A DNA stretch of 64,000 nt from an uncultured Arcobacter sp. (GTDB lineage: Bacteria > Campylobacterota > Campylobacteria > Campylobacterales > Arcobacteraceae), in the NCBI GenBank assembly GCA_965140705.1, contig OZ223300.1, forward strand, positions 224,001-288,000, in the 5' to 3' direction. Below are positions 1-9,488 of the stretch, in pieces. The notes beneath the pieces are model-generated. The model was not told the DNA's origin, did no database searches, and worked only from the letters and a program-made list of their open reading frames with translations. The first letter of the stretch is position 1; each line of letters starts with the position of its first letter. The position numbers and the translations under genes were made by a program.

Positions 1-2
1 TT

Positions 3-224
3 AATAGTTCACTTTTAACTTCTTATGTAATGGAAGTGCATTTTGAAAAAAATATCATATCTGGGGGATTTAACTTTTTGAGATGGATGGGAGCTGCTTT
101 TGCACCTATTTTATCTGGATATATTGCTGGTGTTACAAATAATATGCAACTACCATTTTTAATAGCTGCTATATTCTCTTTAATATCTTGTTTATTGTTA
201 TTTAAATTGAGAGTTTCAAAATAG
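3..224 (+). CDS. MFS transporter, C-terminal part (partial, runs off the window start)
   Basis: Frame is open from base 3 (NSSLLTSYVM...). Hydrophobic helices with MFS-like 'SGGFNFLRWMGAAFAPILSG'. Confidence 0.7.
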   Translation, partial: NSSLLTSYVMEVHFEKNIISGGFNFLRWMGAAFAPILSGYIAGVTNNMQLPFLIAAIFSLISCLLLFKLRVSK

Positions 225-240
225 AGAAGTCTCTACTTTG

Positions 241-1659
241 TTATGCTAATCTTTGTTTTAAAAGTTCACTTACTTTTTGAGGATTTGCAGTACCTTTACT
301 AGCTTTCATAGTTTGACCTACAAAGAAAGCAAACATTTTTTCTTTTCCTGCTTTATATTCTGCAACTTTATCTTGGTTATTATTTAAAATTTCATCTATC
401 ATAGTAAGTAAAGCTCCATCATCAGATACTTGTTTTAATCCTAGTTTTTCAATGACACTATCAACACTTGCGTCATTTCCCATTAGATAATCAAGTACTT
501 CTTTAGCTGCTTTTCCAGAGATAGTATTATCTTCAATTCTTTTAACTATTGTTGCTAGTTTTTTAGCATCAACTGGTGATGTTGTTAGTGAATCTGTTAA
601 TCTTCCTTGTAGTTCGACTGTTAACCAAGTAACTGCATTTTTACCACTGATTCCCTCTTTTAACATCTCTTCAAAGAAATTAGCCATCTCAAGTTGACTT
701 GTAATAACACTTGCATCATAATCTTTAATTCCATAATCTTTTACAAATCTAGCTTTTTTCTCATCTGGAAGTTCTGGTATTTGTGAATATTTTTCCATCA
801 TTTCATCTGTAATAATTACAGGTCTTAAATCTGGGTCCGGGAAATATCTATAATCAGCAGCATCTTCTTTACCTCTCATAGATCTAGTTTCACCCTTTTC
901 TGGATCAAATAGTCTTGTTTCTTGTACTATTTCTGTTGAGTGAATACCATCTTCCCAAGCTTCAATATGTCTATTTACTTCATAAGCAATTGCTTTTTCA
1001 ATAAATTTAAATGAGTTCATATTTTTGATTTCACATCTTGTATAAAGATTTGTATCACCCTTTGGTCTAATTGAGACATTAACATCACATCTAAAGCTTC
1101 CTTCTTGCATATTAGCATCACTAATTCCAAGGTATCTTACTATTGAGTGAAGTTTTTTAAGATATAAAACTGCTTCTTCAGCTGTTCTCATATCTGGTTC
1201 TGAAACTATTTCAAGTAAAGGTGTTCCAGCTCTATTTAAATCTACGTGAGAAACTGCCCCTGCATGGATATTTTTACCTGCGTCATTTTCTAAATGTGCT
1301 CTTGTTACACCAATAGTTTTTTGGCTTCCATCTGGAAAATCAATCACAAGTTCACCAAGTCCTACAACAGGTACTTCAAATTGAGATATTTGGTAACCAG
1401 ATGGTAAATCTGGATAGAAATAGTTTTTTCTATTGAAAATAGATTTTTGGTTTATTTTTGATTTTAATGCAGTTCCTAACATAATTGCTTTATGAACAGC
1501 CTCTTTATTTAATACAGGAAGAGCTCCTGGAAGACCTAAACAAGTAGGACATACATTTGTATTTGGATCTTCTCCAAAACTAGTTGCACACGAACAAAAA
1601 AGTTTAGTTTTTGTGTTCAGTTGTACATGTACCTCAAGACCTATTATTACTTCAAACAT
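241..1659 (-). CDS. gatB: Asp-tRNA(Asn)/Glu-tRNA(Gln) amidotransferase subunit B
   Basis: [43 protein letters not shown] and [10 protein letters not shown] motifs. Confidence 0.98.
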   Translation of the reverse strand: MFEVIIGLEVHVQLNTKTKLFCSCATSFGEDPNTNVCPTCLGLPGALPVLNKEAVHKAIMLGTALKSKINQKSIFNRKNYFYPDLPSGYQISQFEVPVVGLGELVIDFPDGSQKTIGVTRAHLENDAGKNIHAGAVSHVDLNRAGTPLLEIVSEPDMRTAEEAVLYLKKLHSIVRYLGISDANMQEGSFRCDVNVSIRPKGDTNLYTRCEIKNMNSFKFIEKAIAYEVNRHIEAWEDGIHSTEIVQETRLFDPEKGETRSMRGKEDAADYRYFPDPDLRPVIITDEMMEKYSQIPELPDEKKARFVKDYGIKDYDASVITSQLEMANFFEEMLKEGISGKNAVTWLTVELQGRLTDSLTTSPVDAKKLATIVKRIEDNTISGKAAKEVLDYLMGNDASVDSVIEKLGLKQVSDDGALLTMIDEILNNNQDKVAEYKAGKEKMFAFFVGQTMKASKGTANPQKVSELLKQRLA

Positions 1660-1668
1660 CTATTTCCT

Positions 1669-2520
1669 TTATCTAATTACTTTTATATCAGCTGTTAATT
1701 TTAATTTTTCAAAATACTCTTTTAAGAATTTTTGTTCTCTTTCACCCATTAATGCATTAAAGATTTTTTCTTTTACATCATCAAATTTTAAAGTACTAAC
1801 TCCACTTTTATTTTTTACAAAAAACATTACAAAAGTTCTATCTGCTGTAAAAATCGGAGTAAAAGTTCCATTTTTTGTATCATTTAAAAGGAATTTTAAT
1901 TGCGGATTTAATTTTTCTTGCTCTAGGGTAAAATCTTTTTTTACAACATCATTTAAAATTGCCATTGGGTTTTGTGATATTGTTATTAGAGATCTTTTAT
2001 TTTTACTTGCATATTGAGTTACATTTATTTTTGCAGCAGTTGTAAACATTGCTTTGTTATTATCATAATAGATTTTCAAATCTTCTTCTGTAGCAATAGG
2101 AATATTTCCACGTACTAGTTTTGCTGCAAGTTTTTTCTTCATAAGCTCTTTTTTAATGTTATCTTCAAACTCATCAAAGTTTTTATTTTTTTGTCGAAGG
2201 ATTGATTTAAATGTATATAAATCCATACCATTAGAGGCAGCTAGTTTTTCCAAATAATCATTAACTTCAAAAATATCAACTGTTATATTTTGTTTTTCAA
2301 GTTCTTGTTTATATAAAATTTGGTCAATTAATTCACTAACAGCAGCTGCTTTTTTCAAATGTGTTTCTGCCATTTTTTGATTTATATCACTTGTAGTTAT
2401 TGGTTCATCATTTACTGTTAAGGCCAAAGCATCTATCATTTGAGCATTTGAAAATGTGAATGTTGCCATCAAAGTAAAAAGAACTCTTTTAGCAAAAAGT
2501 TTAATTTGCTTATCTTTCAT
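1669..2520 (-). CDS. Periplasmic SurA N-terminal-domain chaperone/PPIase-like protein
   Basis: Signal peptide followed by 'IDALALTVNDEPITTSDI'. C-terminal 'KLKLTADIKVIR' typical of the SurA family. Confidence 0.75.
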   Translation of the reverse strand: MKDKQIKLFAKRVLFTLMATFTFSNAQMIDALALTVNDEPITTSDINQKMAETHLKKAAAVSELIDQILYKQELEKQNITVDIFEVNDYLEKLAASNGMDLYTFKSILRQKNKNFDEFEDNIKKELMKKKLAAKLVRGNIPIATEEDLKIYYDNNKAMFTTAAKINVTQYASKNKRSLITISQNPMAILNDVVKKDFTLEQEKLNPQLKFLLNDTKNGTFTPIFTADRTFVMFFVKNKSGVSTLKFDDVKEKIFNALMGEREQKFLKEYFEKLKLTADIKVIR

Positions 2521-2595
2521 CGTTTAATCCTTTTTTATAAAGCAAATATTCTACCACAAAGTTGGTAAAATATTTGTTTGATGAAAGTTGTGTTT

Positions 2596-5427
2596 TTAAA
2601 CTTTTGTAGAACTACATCTATTTACTAAATATAAAATTGAGTTATAGTCGAGTCCTGAGTGCTCACTTAATCCTATTTCACAAGTTTTTGATGTAGAAAA
2701 TGCAAGTTTTGCTTTTGAGGTTTGTTCTTTTAGTTTACTAAGGGCTGAATCATTTAATTCAGGAAAATTAAATCCTCTATCCCCTGCAAATCCACAACAT
2801 TTTACATCTGTTGGAACTATTACTTCATTGGCACATAGTTTCGCAAGATTAATAAATTTTTCATGTATACCCATTTTTCTTGAACTACAAGTTGAGTGTA
2901 TTGTTATTGGTTCATCTATTTTAGTAAGTTCTAATTCATTTACTACATGGTCTAAACAAAATTCAATAGGTTCATAAATCTTAATATCACTAATAAAACT
3001 CTCATGCATCTTTTTAGTACAAGGACTTGTATCACAAAGAATAGGATATTCTCCATTAGAACTTGCATCTATTAAAGCTTGTTCTAGTTGTATTGATTTA
3101 TGTTCAGCTTGTTTTTTAAATCCTTTTGATGAAAAAGGCATACCACAACATAACTCTTCAAGCTCTTTTGGTAATATAATTTCAAAACCTGCTTTTTGAA
3201 GAACTTCAACTGTTGTATCATATAAGGTTTTCTCTTCTTGAGAAAAACTACTTTGTCCCATAGTTCTACTTAAACAAGAAGGGAAATAGACTACTTTTTT
3301 ATCACTTGCTTTATTTGCAAATTTTTTATTTATACTTAATCCACTAGGTAGTGTAGCACTCCATTTTGGTGTTCCTAATAGTTTTCTAAAACTATTTGTC
3401 ATTCCACCCATTAAAGAAGTTCCTACTAAATTGTGAACAAGGTTTGCACCTTTTAGCCCTACTCTCATACCACTTAGTGTAGTAGAAAAGTTATTTGCAA
3501 TAAATGTAGCAATTTTATCTTGTGTTGGAGTTATTCTTTCATGTCTTAGATACTTCGTAAGAGCTCCTGTATCAATTCCTACTGGACAGGCAGTTGAACA
3601 TAAACTACATGTTGCACAAGTCTCTATACCATCATATACATATGCCTCTTTTAACTCATCTGCTTCTTTTTGTTCACCAATTGATTCTAGTCTACTTATT
3701 TCTCTATTTGCAACAATTCTATGTCTTGGCGTAAAAGTAATGGCATTTGAAGGACACATTGGCTCACAAAATCCACACTCAATACAAGTATCAACTAAAT
3801 CATTAGTTTGTGGTAATGGCTTTAGGTTTTTTAAATGGGCTTGTTTATCATGATTTATAATTACACCTGGATTTAAAATACCACTTGGGTCAAAGATATT
3901 TTTAATACTTTCCATCATATCAAAAGCAGTTTTACCCCATTCTAACTCTATAAATGCAGCCATGTTTCTACCTGTACCATGCTCTGCTTTTAAGCTTCCT
4001 TGATATTTTAAGGCAACTGAATTAGTAACATCATTCATAAATTCATCGTATCTTTTAATCTCTTTTTCATCATTAAAATCTTGTGTAAATACAAAGTGAA
4101 AATTTCCATCTAAGGCATGTCCAAAAATAAGTGCTTCATGGTAACCATGTTTTTCAAATAAGCTTTGAAGTTCTAATGTTGCTTCTGATAAAGATTCTAT
4201 TGGATAAGCAACATCTTCAATAATAACTGTTGTTCCTATTTTTCGCACAGCTCCCACAGCCGGGAAAAGACCTTTTCTTATTTTCCAAAATAGAGTATAT
4301 TCTTCCACTTTTGAAGTAAACTCTATCTCTCTTACAGTTGTAAATTCACTTAAAAGAGTCTCTATCTCTTTTGTTTGTTTTGTCAAGACTGTTTTTTTAC
4401 TAGCTCTTGTTTCAACTAATAAAGCTGTTACTTCATTATTGAACTCTTTTAAATATTCTGGCATTCCCTCTTTATCTTGTACAGATTTTAAGGCTTTATT
4501 ATCCATAAGTTCAACAGCATCTACAACTATTTTTTTATCATCTTTTGCTAGTTTAAGTTTTGCCACTGCATCACAGGCATCTTTAATATTTTGAAAAAAT
4601 ATTAAAGCACTTGCTTTATTTGGATAATCTTCAACTGTGTTGTAAGTTACTTCTTCAATAAAGGCTAAAGTCCCTTCACTACCAATTATTAGGTGTGATA
4701 AAATATCAAATTCATCTTCATAATCAATAAGGGCATTTAAAGAGTAACCACAGGTATTTTTTATCTTATATTTTTTTTCAATAAGTTTACTTAACTCTTT
4801 ATTATCTTTAGTGATTTTTGATAATTCTTTTAAATCATTTAAAAGTTTTCCATGCTCTTTTTTAAACTCTTTTTTTGATTTTTCACTAGCAGTATCAAGT
4901 CTTGTTCCATCTGCCATAATAAGTTTTATTGATTTGAGTGTTTTATATGAGTTTTGTGAAGTTCCACAACACATACCTGAAGCATTATTTGCTGCAATTC
5001 CACCTATCATAGCGGCATTTATACTTGCTGGATCTGGTCCTATTTTTTTATTAAACTCTTTTAATATATTATTTGCTTGTTCACCTGTAATTGCAGGTTC
5101 TAAACTTATATAACTTTTATCTTCTGCTAATTTAAAATTAGTAAATTTTCTTGATGTAATTATCAAAATAGAATCACTAATTGCTTGTCCCGATAAAGAG
5201 GTTCCCCCTGCTCTAAAAGTGATTGGTAATTCTCTTTTATATGCTTCTTTTATGATAGTTTGTACTTCATCTGAATTGTCTGCTTTTATTACAATTTTTG
5301 GAAGTAGTCTATAAAATGATGCATCAGTCCCATAAACTAAAGTATGTAGTTTATCTGTAAAAATCCTATTATGTTCAATATTTTTAGAAATGCTTTCTAA
5401 AAAATCTTTGTATTTCCCTTCTAACAT
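2596..5427 (-). CDS. dld: FAD- and Fe-S-binding oxidoreductase, probable D-lactate dehydrogenase (Dld-II type)
   Basis: FRAGGTSLSGQ, GSEGTL, KAEHGTGRN, ferredoxin motifs (CIECGFCEPMCP, CATCSLCSTACP) and CCG domains. Clustered with lutABC. Confidence 0.85.
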   Translation of the reverse strand: MLEGKYKDFLESISKNIEHNRIFTDKLHTLVYGTDASFYRLLPKIVIKADNSDEVQTIIKEAYKRELPITFRAGGTSLSGQAISDSILIITSRKFTNFKLAEDKSYISLEPAITGEQANNILKEFNKKIGPDPASINAAMIGGIAANNASGMCCGTSQNSYKTLKSIKLIMADGTRLDTASEKSKKEFKKEHGKLLNDLKELSKITKDNKELSKLIEKKYKIKNTCGYSLNALIDYEDEFDILSHLIIGSEGTLAFIEEVTYNTVEDYPNKASALIFFQNIKDACDAVAKLKLAKDDKKIVVDAVELMDNKALKSVQDKEGMPEYLKEFNNEVTALLVETRASKKTVLTKQTKEIETLLSEFTTVREIEFTSKVEEYTLFWKIRKGLFPAVGAVRKIGTTVIIEDVAYPIESLSEATLELQSLFEKHGYHEALIFGHALDGNFHFVFTQDFNDEKEIKRYDEFMNDVTNSVALKYQGSLKAEHGTGRNMAAFIELEWGKTAFDMMESIKNIFDPSGILNPGVIINHDKQAHLKNLKPLPQTNDLVDTCIECGFCEPMCPSNAITFTPRHRIVANREISRLESIGEQKEADELKEAYVYDGIETCATCSLCSTACPVGIDTGALTKYLRHERITPTQDKIATFIANNFSTTLSGMRVGLKGANLVHNLVGTSLMGGMTNSFRKLLGTPKWSATLPSGLSINKKFANKASDKKVVYFPSCLSRTMGQSSFSQEEKTLYDTTVEVLQKAGFEIILPKELEELCCGMPFSSKGFKKQAEHKSIQLEQALIDASSNGEYPILCDTSPCTKKMHESFISDIKIYEPIEFCLDHVVNELELTKIDEPITIHSTCSSRKMGIHEKFINLAKLCANEVIVPTDVKCCGFAGDRGFNFPELNDSALSKLKEQTSKAKLAFSTSKTCEIGLSEHSGLDYNSILYLVNRCSSTKV

Positions 5428-5603
5428 TTGAAATCCTTTTTAATTTTTTATAATTTTAATAAATCAAAAAGAGTCATCTACTCTAGTCTAGGTACTGTGT
5501 ATATTCTTTGTTGTGGGTCATTAATAAATGAGTGCATTATGTCACGATGTTTTAAAATTATATTTAATAACAGTTCTAAAAATTGTGACATAATCCCTCT
5601 TTG

Positions 5604-6965
5604 TTAGTTTGTAATACTCATTCCAAATATTTGTGGATAGAATGCAACTAGTGCTAATATAACTATTTGTATTAAAATAAATGGTAAAACACCTTTGTAA
5701 ATATCTATTGTCCTCACTCCATCCGGGGCACAGCCTTTTAAATAAAAGAGTGCAAACCCAAACGGTGGGGTTAAGAATGATGTTTGTAAATTCATTGCTA
5801 TTAAAATAGCAAACCATACTGGGTCAATTCCTAATGTTTGTGAAACAGGAATTAATATTGGTACTATTATATATGAAATTTCTATAAAATCAATAAAGAA
5901 ACCTAAAAATAATATAGCTAACATTGTAAATATTATAAATGACCATTTTCCATCACCACCTGGTAAGTTCAACATAAAGTCATGTACAATATCTTCTCCA
6001 CCTGTATATGAAAATACCATAGAAAATGCTGTTGCACCGATTAAAATAGCAAATACCATTGATGTGATTTTAACAGATTCTAAAGCAGCTTCTTTTACCA
6101 TAGCAGTTGTAAAAGTTCTATACATTAAAGATAAGAAAATCGCCCCTAAACATCCAACTGCAGCAGATTCTGTTGGTGTTGCAACACCTTCAAAAATAGA
6201 ACCTAAAACTAAAACAATAAGAGTTAGTGAAGGAATAATTGCAATAAGTGCTTGTATTATTTGTTGTTTTTTTGTTCCCATATCTGCATGTTTTGGAATA
6301 GCTGGTGCCATATCTTTTTTAAAATATGAAACAATTAATATAAAAAGAATATAAGCAACAACTAGAGCAAGTCCTGGCCAAACAGCAGCTGAAAATAGAT
6401 CACCAACTGGAACTTGGAATACATCACCTAATATAATTAATACTAAAGAAGGAGGAATGATTTGTCCTAGTGTTCCAGAGGCACAGATTGTTCCAGCAGC
6501 AAGAGGAACATTATATTTGTATTTCATCATAACTGGAAGTGAAATTACCCCCATAGCTACAACAGATGCTCCAACAACTCCAGTTGAAGCAGCAAGTAGT
6601 GTTCCTACAAGTACAGTAGAAATTGCAACTCCACCTCTAATCTCTCCAAATAAGAATCCCATAGATTCAAGTAATTTTTCAGCAAGACCAGTTTTTTGTA
6701 AAACAATACCCATAAAAATAAACATAGGAATAGCCATCAAAATAGTATTTTGTTGAATTGCATAAATCCTAAAAGGCATATAATCAAACATTAATATACC
6801 TTCATGAATACCTTCAATCAAGCTATGTAAACTACCATCAAAACCAATTTCTACAATTCCAGCGATTAATCCAAAAAATACTGAAACAGCACCAAAAGTA
6901 AAGGCAACTGGAAATCCAATTAACAGCATAAATAATGCTGTAAAAAACATTACTACACCAATCAT
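5604..6965 (-). CDS. dctM: TRAP transporter large permease
   Basis: Polytopic. LMAIPMFIFMG, GTLGQIIPPS, ATPTES, LTPPFG. Confidence 0.95.
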   Translation of the reverse strand: MIGVVMFFTALFMLLIGFPVAFTFGAVSVFFGLIAGIVEIGFDGSLHSLIEGIHEGILMFDYMPFRIYAIQQNTILMAIPMFIFMGIVLQKTGLAEKLLESMGFLFGEIRGGVAISTVLVGTLLAASTGVVGASVVAMGVISLPVMMKYKYNVPLAAGTICASGTLGQIIPPSLVLIILGDVFQVPVGDLFSAAVWPGLALVVAYILFILIVSYFKKDMAPAIPKHADMGTKKQQIIQALIAIIPSLTLIVLVLGSIFEGVATPTESAAVGCLGAIFLSLMYRTFTTAMVKEAALESVKITSMVFAILIGATAFSMVFSYTGGEDIVHDFMLNLPGGDGKWSFIIFTMLAILFLGFFIDFIEISYIIVPILIPVSQTLGIDPVWFAILIAMNLQTSFLTPPFGFALFYLKGCAPDGVRTIDIYKGVLPFILIQIVILALVAFYPQIFGMSITN

Positions 6966-7570
6966 TTAGAGTCTCCTCTTTCATCAATATCAATAGTATG
7001 AAATTTATGTTGTTCTAAATCACATTTTAAATTTGATATTTCACCTTTTAAGTTATAATCATCTGATGGGTGAAGACCTTTGTAGATATTTAAGTTTTTA
7101 ATGAAATAACCAATTGATGTTATTATTAAAAGTAAAAATGATAAAGGAATTAGAGATTTAACAATCCATCTATAAGGTAATCCTCCTGGATCGCCACTTT
7201 GTTCCATTGATAGGTATGCTTCATGGGCATTATTAATTGAACTAAGTCCTACAAGTATTGCTATTGGTAATATAAAAGTAATAACACCAACCATATTAAT
7301 CATAGCTTTTTTTCTATCAGGTAATCTATCATAAATTAAGTCTACTCTTACATGTCCATCTTCTTTTAAAGTATATGACATTCCTAAAAGTATAACTACA
7401 GAGAATAGATGCCACTCCATCTCTTGCATTGCTATACTTCCATCTCTAAAAAAGTATCTCATGATTACATCATAAAAGACATTTAAAATCATAAGTACCA
7501 TAGTAATAGAAGTAATAGTTCCAATAAAATCAGCAAATTTATCGAAACCTTTTTCTAATTTTAACAGCAT
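6962..7570 (-). CDS. dctQ: TRAP transporter small permease
   Basis: Four hydrophobic segments, QEMEWHLF and GHVRVDLIY. Lies between dctP and dctM. Confidence 0.93.
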   Translation of the reverse strand: MLLKLEKGFDKFADFIGTITSITMVLMILNVFYDVIMRYFFRDGSIAMQEMEWHLFSVVILLGMSYTLKEDGHVRVDLIYDRLPDRKKAMINMVGVITFILPIAILVGLSSINNAHEAYLSMEQSGDPGGLPYRWIVKSLIPLSFLLLIITSIGYFIKNLNIYKGLHPSDDYNLKGEISNLKCDLEQHKFHTIDIDERGDSK

Positions 7571-7600
7571 AAAAAATTCCTTTGGGTTTTCAAATAAGTC

Positions 7601-7671
7601 AGATAAATATACTTTATAAGTACATTTATCTAATATATAAAAGGTTTAATCCCTTAAAAAAGGGATTAAAC
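7601..7671. terminator. Two hairpins between dctP and dctQ (terminator or mRNA-stabilising)
   Basis: agataaatatactt-tat-aagtacatttatct (7601-7631) and tttaatccctt-aaaa-aagggattaaa (7646-7671). Confidence 0.55.
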
Positions 7672-7678
7672 AAACTTC

Positions 7679-8752
7679 TTATAAATTGTCTTTTAAGTAT
7701 AAGTAGTCTGACATTTTTGTCCACTCTCTAACTTTCTTTTGATAAGCTTCTTGTGAATCTAAAACTTCTTTTAATAAAGGATGACCTTTAACCATTTCCT
7801 CTCTTAGTTCTTTGTTTGCTTTTTTCATAGCATCCATAACTGGTTTTGGAAAAGTTTTAACTTTAATATTTGGGTAATCTTTTTTCATTTTTTCCCAAGC
7901 AGTCGCACTCATGTCATAATTTTGAATATACATATCATAAGAACTTAATTTCATTGCTGTTACTAAAATCGCTTGTAAGTCTTTTGGAAGTTTATCATAT
8001 GCTCTTTTATTTACTAAAAATTGTAACTCAGTTGCTGGTTCATGCCAACCTGTATAGTAATAAGGTGCAATTTTATGGAATCCCATATTGATATCCATTC
8101 CTGGTCCAACCCATTCTAAGGCATCAATTGTTCCTCTTTCAAGTGAAGTATATAATTCACCTGGAGCAATATTTGTAACTGTAAGACCTAGTTTTGCCAT
8201 AATTTCTCCTGCAAAACCAGGAATTCTCATTTTAAGACCTTTTAAGTCATCAAGTGATTTAATTTCTTTTCTAAACCATCCACCCATTTGAGCGCCAGTA
8301 TTTCCTCCAGGGAAAGATAACATCTTATGTGGTGCATAAGCTTTTTCCATTAATTCCATTCCCCCACCGTAATAGAACCATGCATATTGCTCAGGTGCAG
8401 TCATACCAAATGGCATTGTTGTAAATGGTAATAGATTGATATCTTTACCTTTCCAATAATATGATGCAGAGTGTCCCATTTCATATTGACCCCCTTGTAC
8501 CATATCTAAAACACCAAATGGAGCTTTATGTTTATTAGCAGCATCTACTCTAATTTGTAGTCTACCATTAGACATTTTTTCTACCATTTCTGCCATTTTT
8601 GTAGGTGCATCAATAAATGGATGTAGCGTAGGCCCCCACGTTGTTGCTAATTTCCACTTATATACTTTATCTGCAGCTAATGAAGCAGTACTAAGCCCCG
8701 CAAGTACTACTGAAGCTACTAGTAACTTAGTTGTTTTACTAAACATTTTCAT
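7679..8752 (-). CDS. dctP: TRAP substrate-binding protein (TakP-like monocarboxylate/keto-acid subfamily)
   Basis: Sec signal peptide, YYWKGK, GNTGAQMGGWF, KMRIPG, LERGTIDALEWVGP, GWHEP. Confidence 0.93.
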   Translation of the reverse strand: MKMFSKTTKLLVASVVLAGLSTASLAADKVYKWKLATTWGPTLHPFIDAPTKMAEMVEKMSNGRLQIRVDAANKHKAPFGVLDMVQGGQYEMGHSASYYWKGKDINLLPFTTMPFGMTAPEQYAWFYYGGGMELMEKAYAPHKMLSFPGGNTGAQMGGWFRKEIKSLDDLKGLKMRIPGFAGEIMAKLGLTVTNIAPGELYTSLERGTIDALEWVGPGMDINMGFHKIAPYYYTGWHEPATELQFLVNKRAYDKLPKDLQAILVTAMKLSSYDMYIQNYDMSATAWEKMKKDYPNIKVKTFPKPVMDAMKKANKELREEMVKGHPLLKEVLDSQEAYQKKVREWTKMSDYLYLKDNL

Positions 8753-8780
8753 ATATTCTCCTTTTTATTTGTTCACATAA

Positions 8781-8813
8781 ATTGTAACTTGTGAATATGA
8801 TAATGAAATGATA
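8781..8813 (-). promoter_or_regulatory. dctP promoter with an 11-bp-period direct repeat (putative response-regulator box)
   Basis: Minus strand TATCAT-N5-TATCAT (8797-8813), 10 bp upstream of the -10 hexamer TACAAT (8781-8786). Confidence 0.5.
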
Positions 8814-8846
8814 TTTTAAGCTTAATTATTTAAAGTGGGCTAAAAT

Positions 8847-9488
8847 TTATATTTTAAATATATAACCCGTATCAACGACTGTATGAATATAATCTTTTAT
8901 AAGTATTTTTCTTAGTCGTCTTATTAAACTTCTTATTGATTCTAGTGTAACAAAGTTACCTTCCCAAACATAGTTTTCTATCGCAGCATAGGTAATTACT
9001 TCATTTTTTTTAGTTAAAAAAAGATTTAATAGAAGTCTCTCTTTTTTTGTAAGTCTTACTTCTTCCTCATCTATTTTTAATAAAGAAGATTTAAAATCAA
9101 AACAATAATTTTGGTCAAAGATAATAGTTTCATTTGTAATCTTACATAGTTTTTCAATTTTTATTTCTAATTCATCTATAAAAAAAGGCTTTTTAAGATA
9201 ATCATTACATCCATAATCATATGCTTCTTTAATAATATCAAGTTCAACAGTAGAACTAATTATGATAATAGGTACTTCTGTATAATAGTCTCTGATTTTT
9301 TTAAGTATTTTTATTCCATCAATATTAGGTACATTTATATCTAATAAAAAACAATTATAACCATTTGATATGGCATCATATGCTTTTTGTCCATCATTAA
9401 AAGAATCGACTTTATATCCTTTTAATGCAAGCCTTTTAGATATTGTTTGGCTAAGTTTTGTATTATCTTCTAGGAGTAAAATTTTCAT
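8847..9488 (-). CDS. OmpR-family response regulator
   Basis: KILLLED, LLDINVP, DYLKKPF and a C-terminal winged helix (LTKKE...RLRKIL...TGY). Confidence 0.95.
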   Translation of the reverse strand: MKILLLEDNTKLSQTISKRLALKGYKVDSFNDGQKAYDAISNGYNCFLLDINVPNIDGIKILKKIRDYYTEVPIIIISSTVELDIIKEAYDYGCNDYLKKPFFIDELEIKIEKLCKITNETIIFDQNYCFDFKSSLLKIDEEEVRLTKKERLLLNLFLTKKNEVITYAAIENYVWEGNFVTLESIRSLIRRLRKILIKDYIHTVVDTGYIFKI

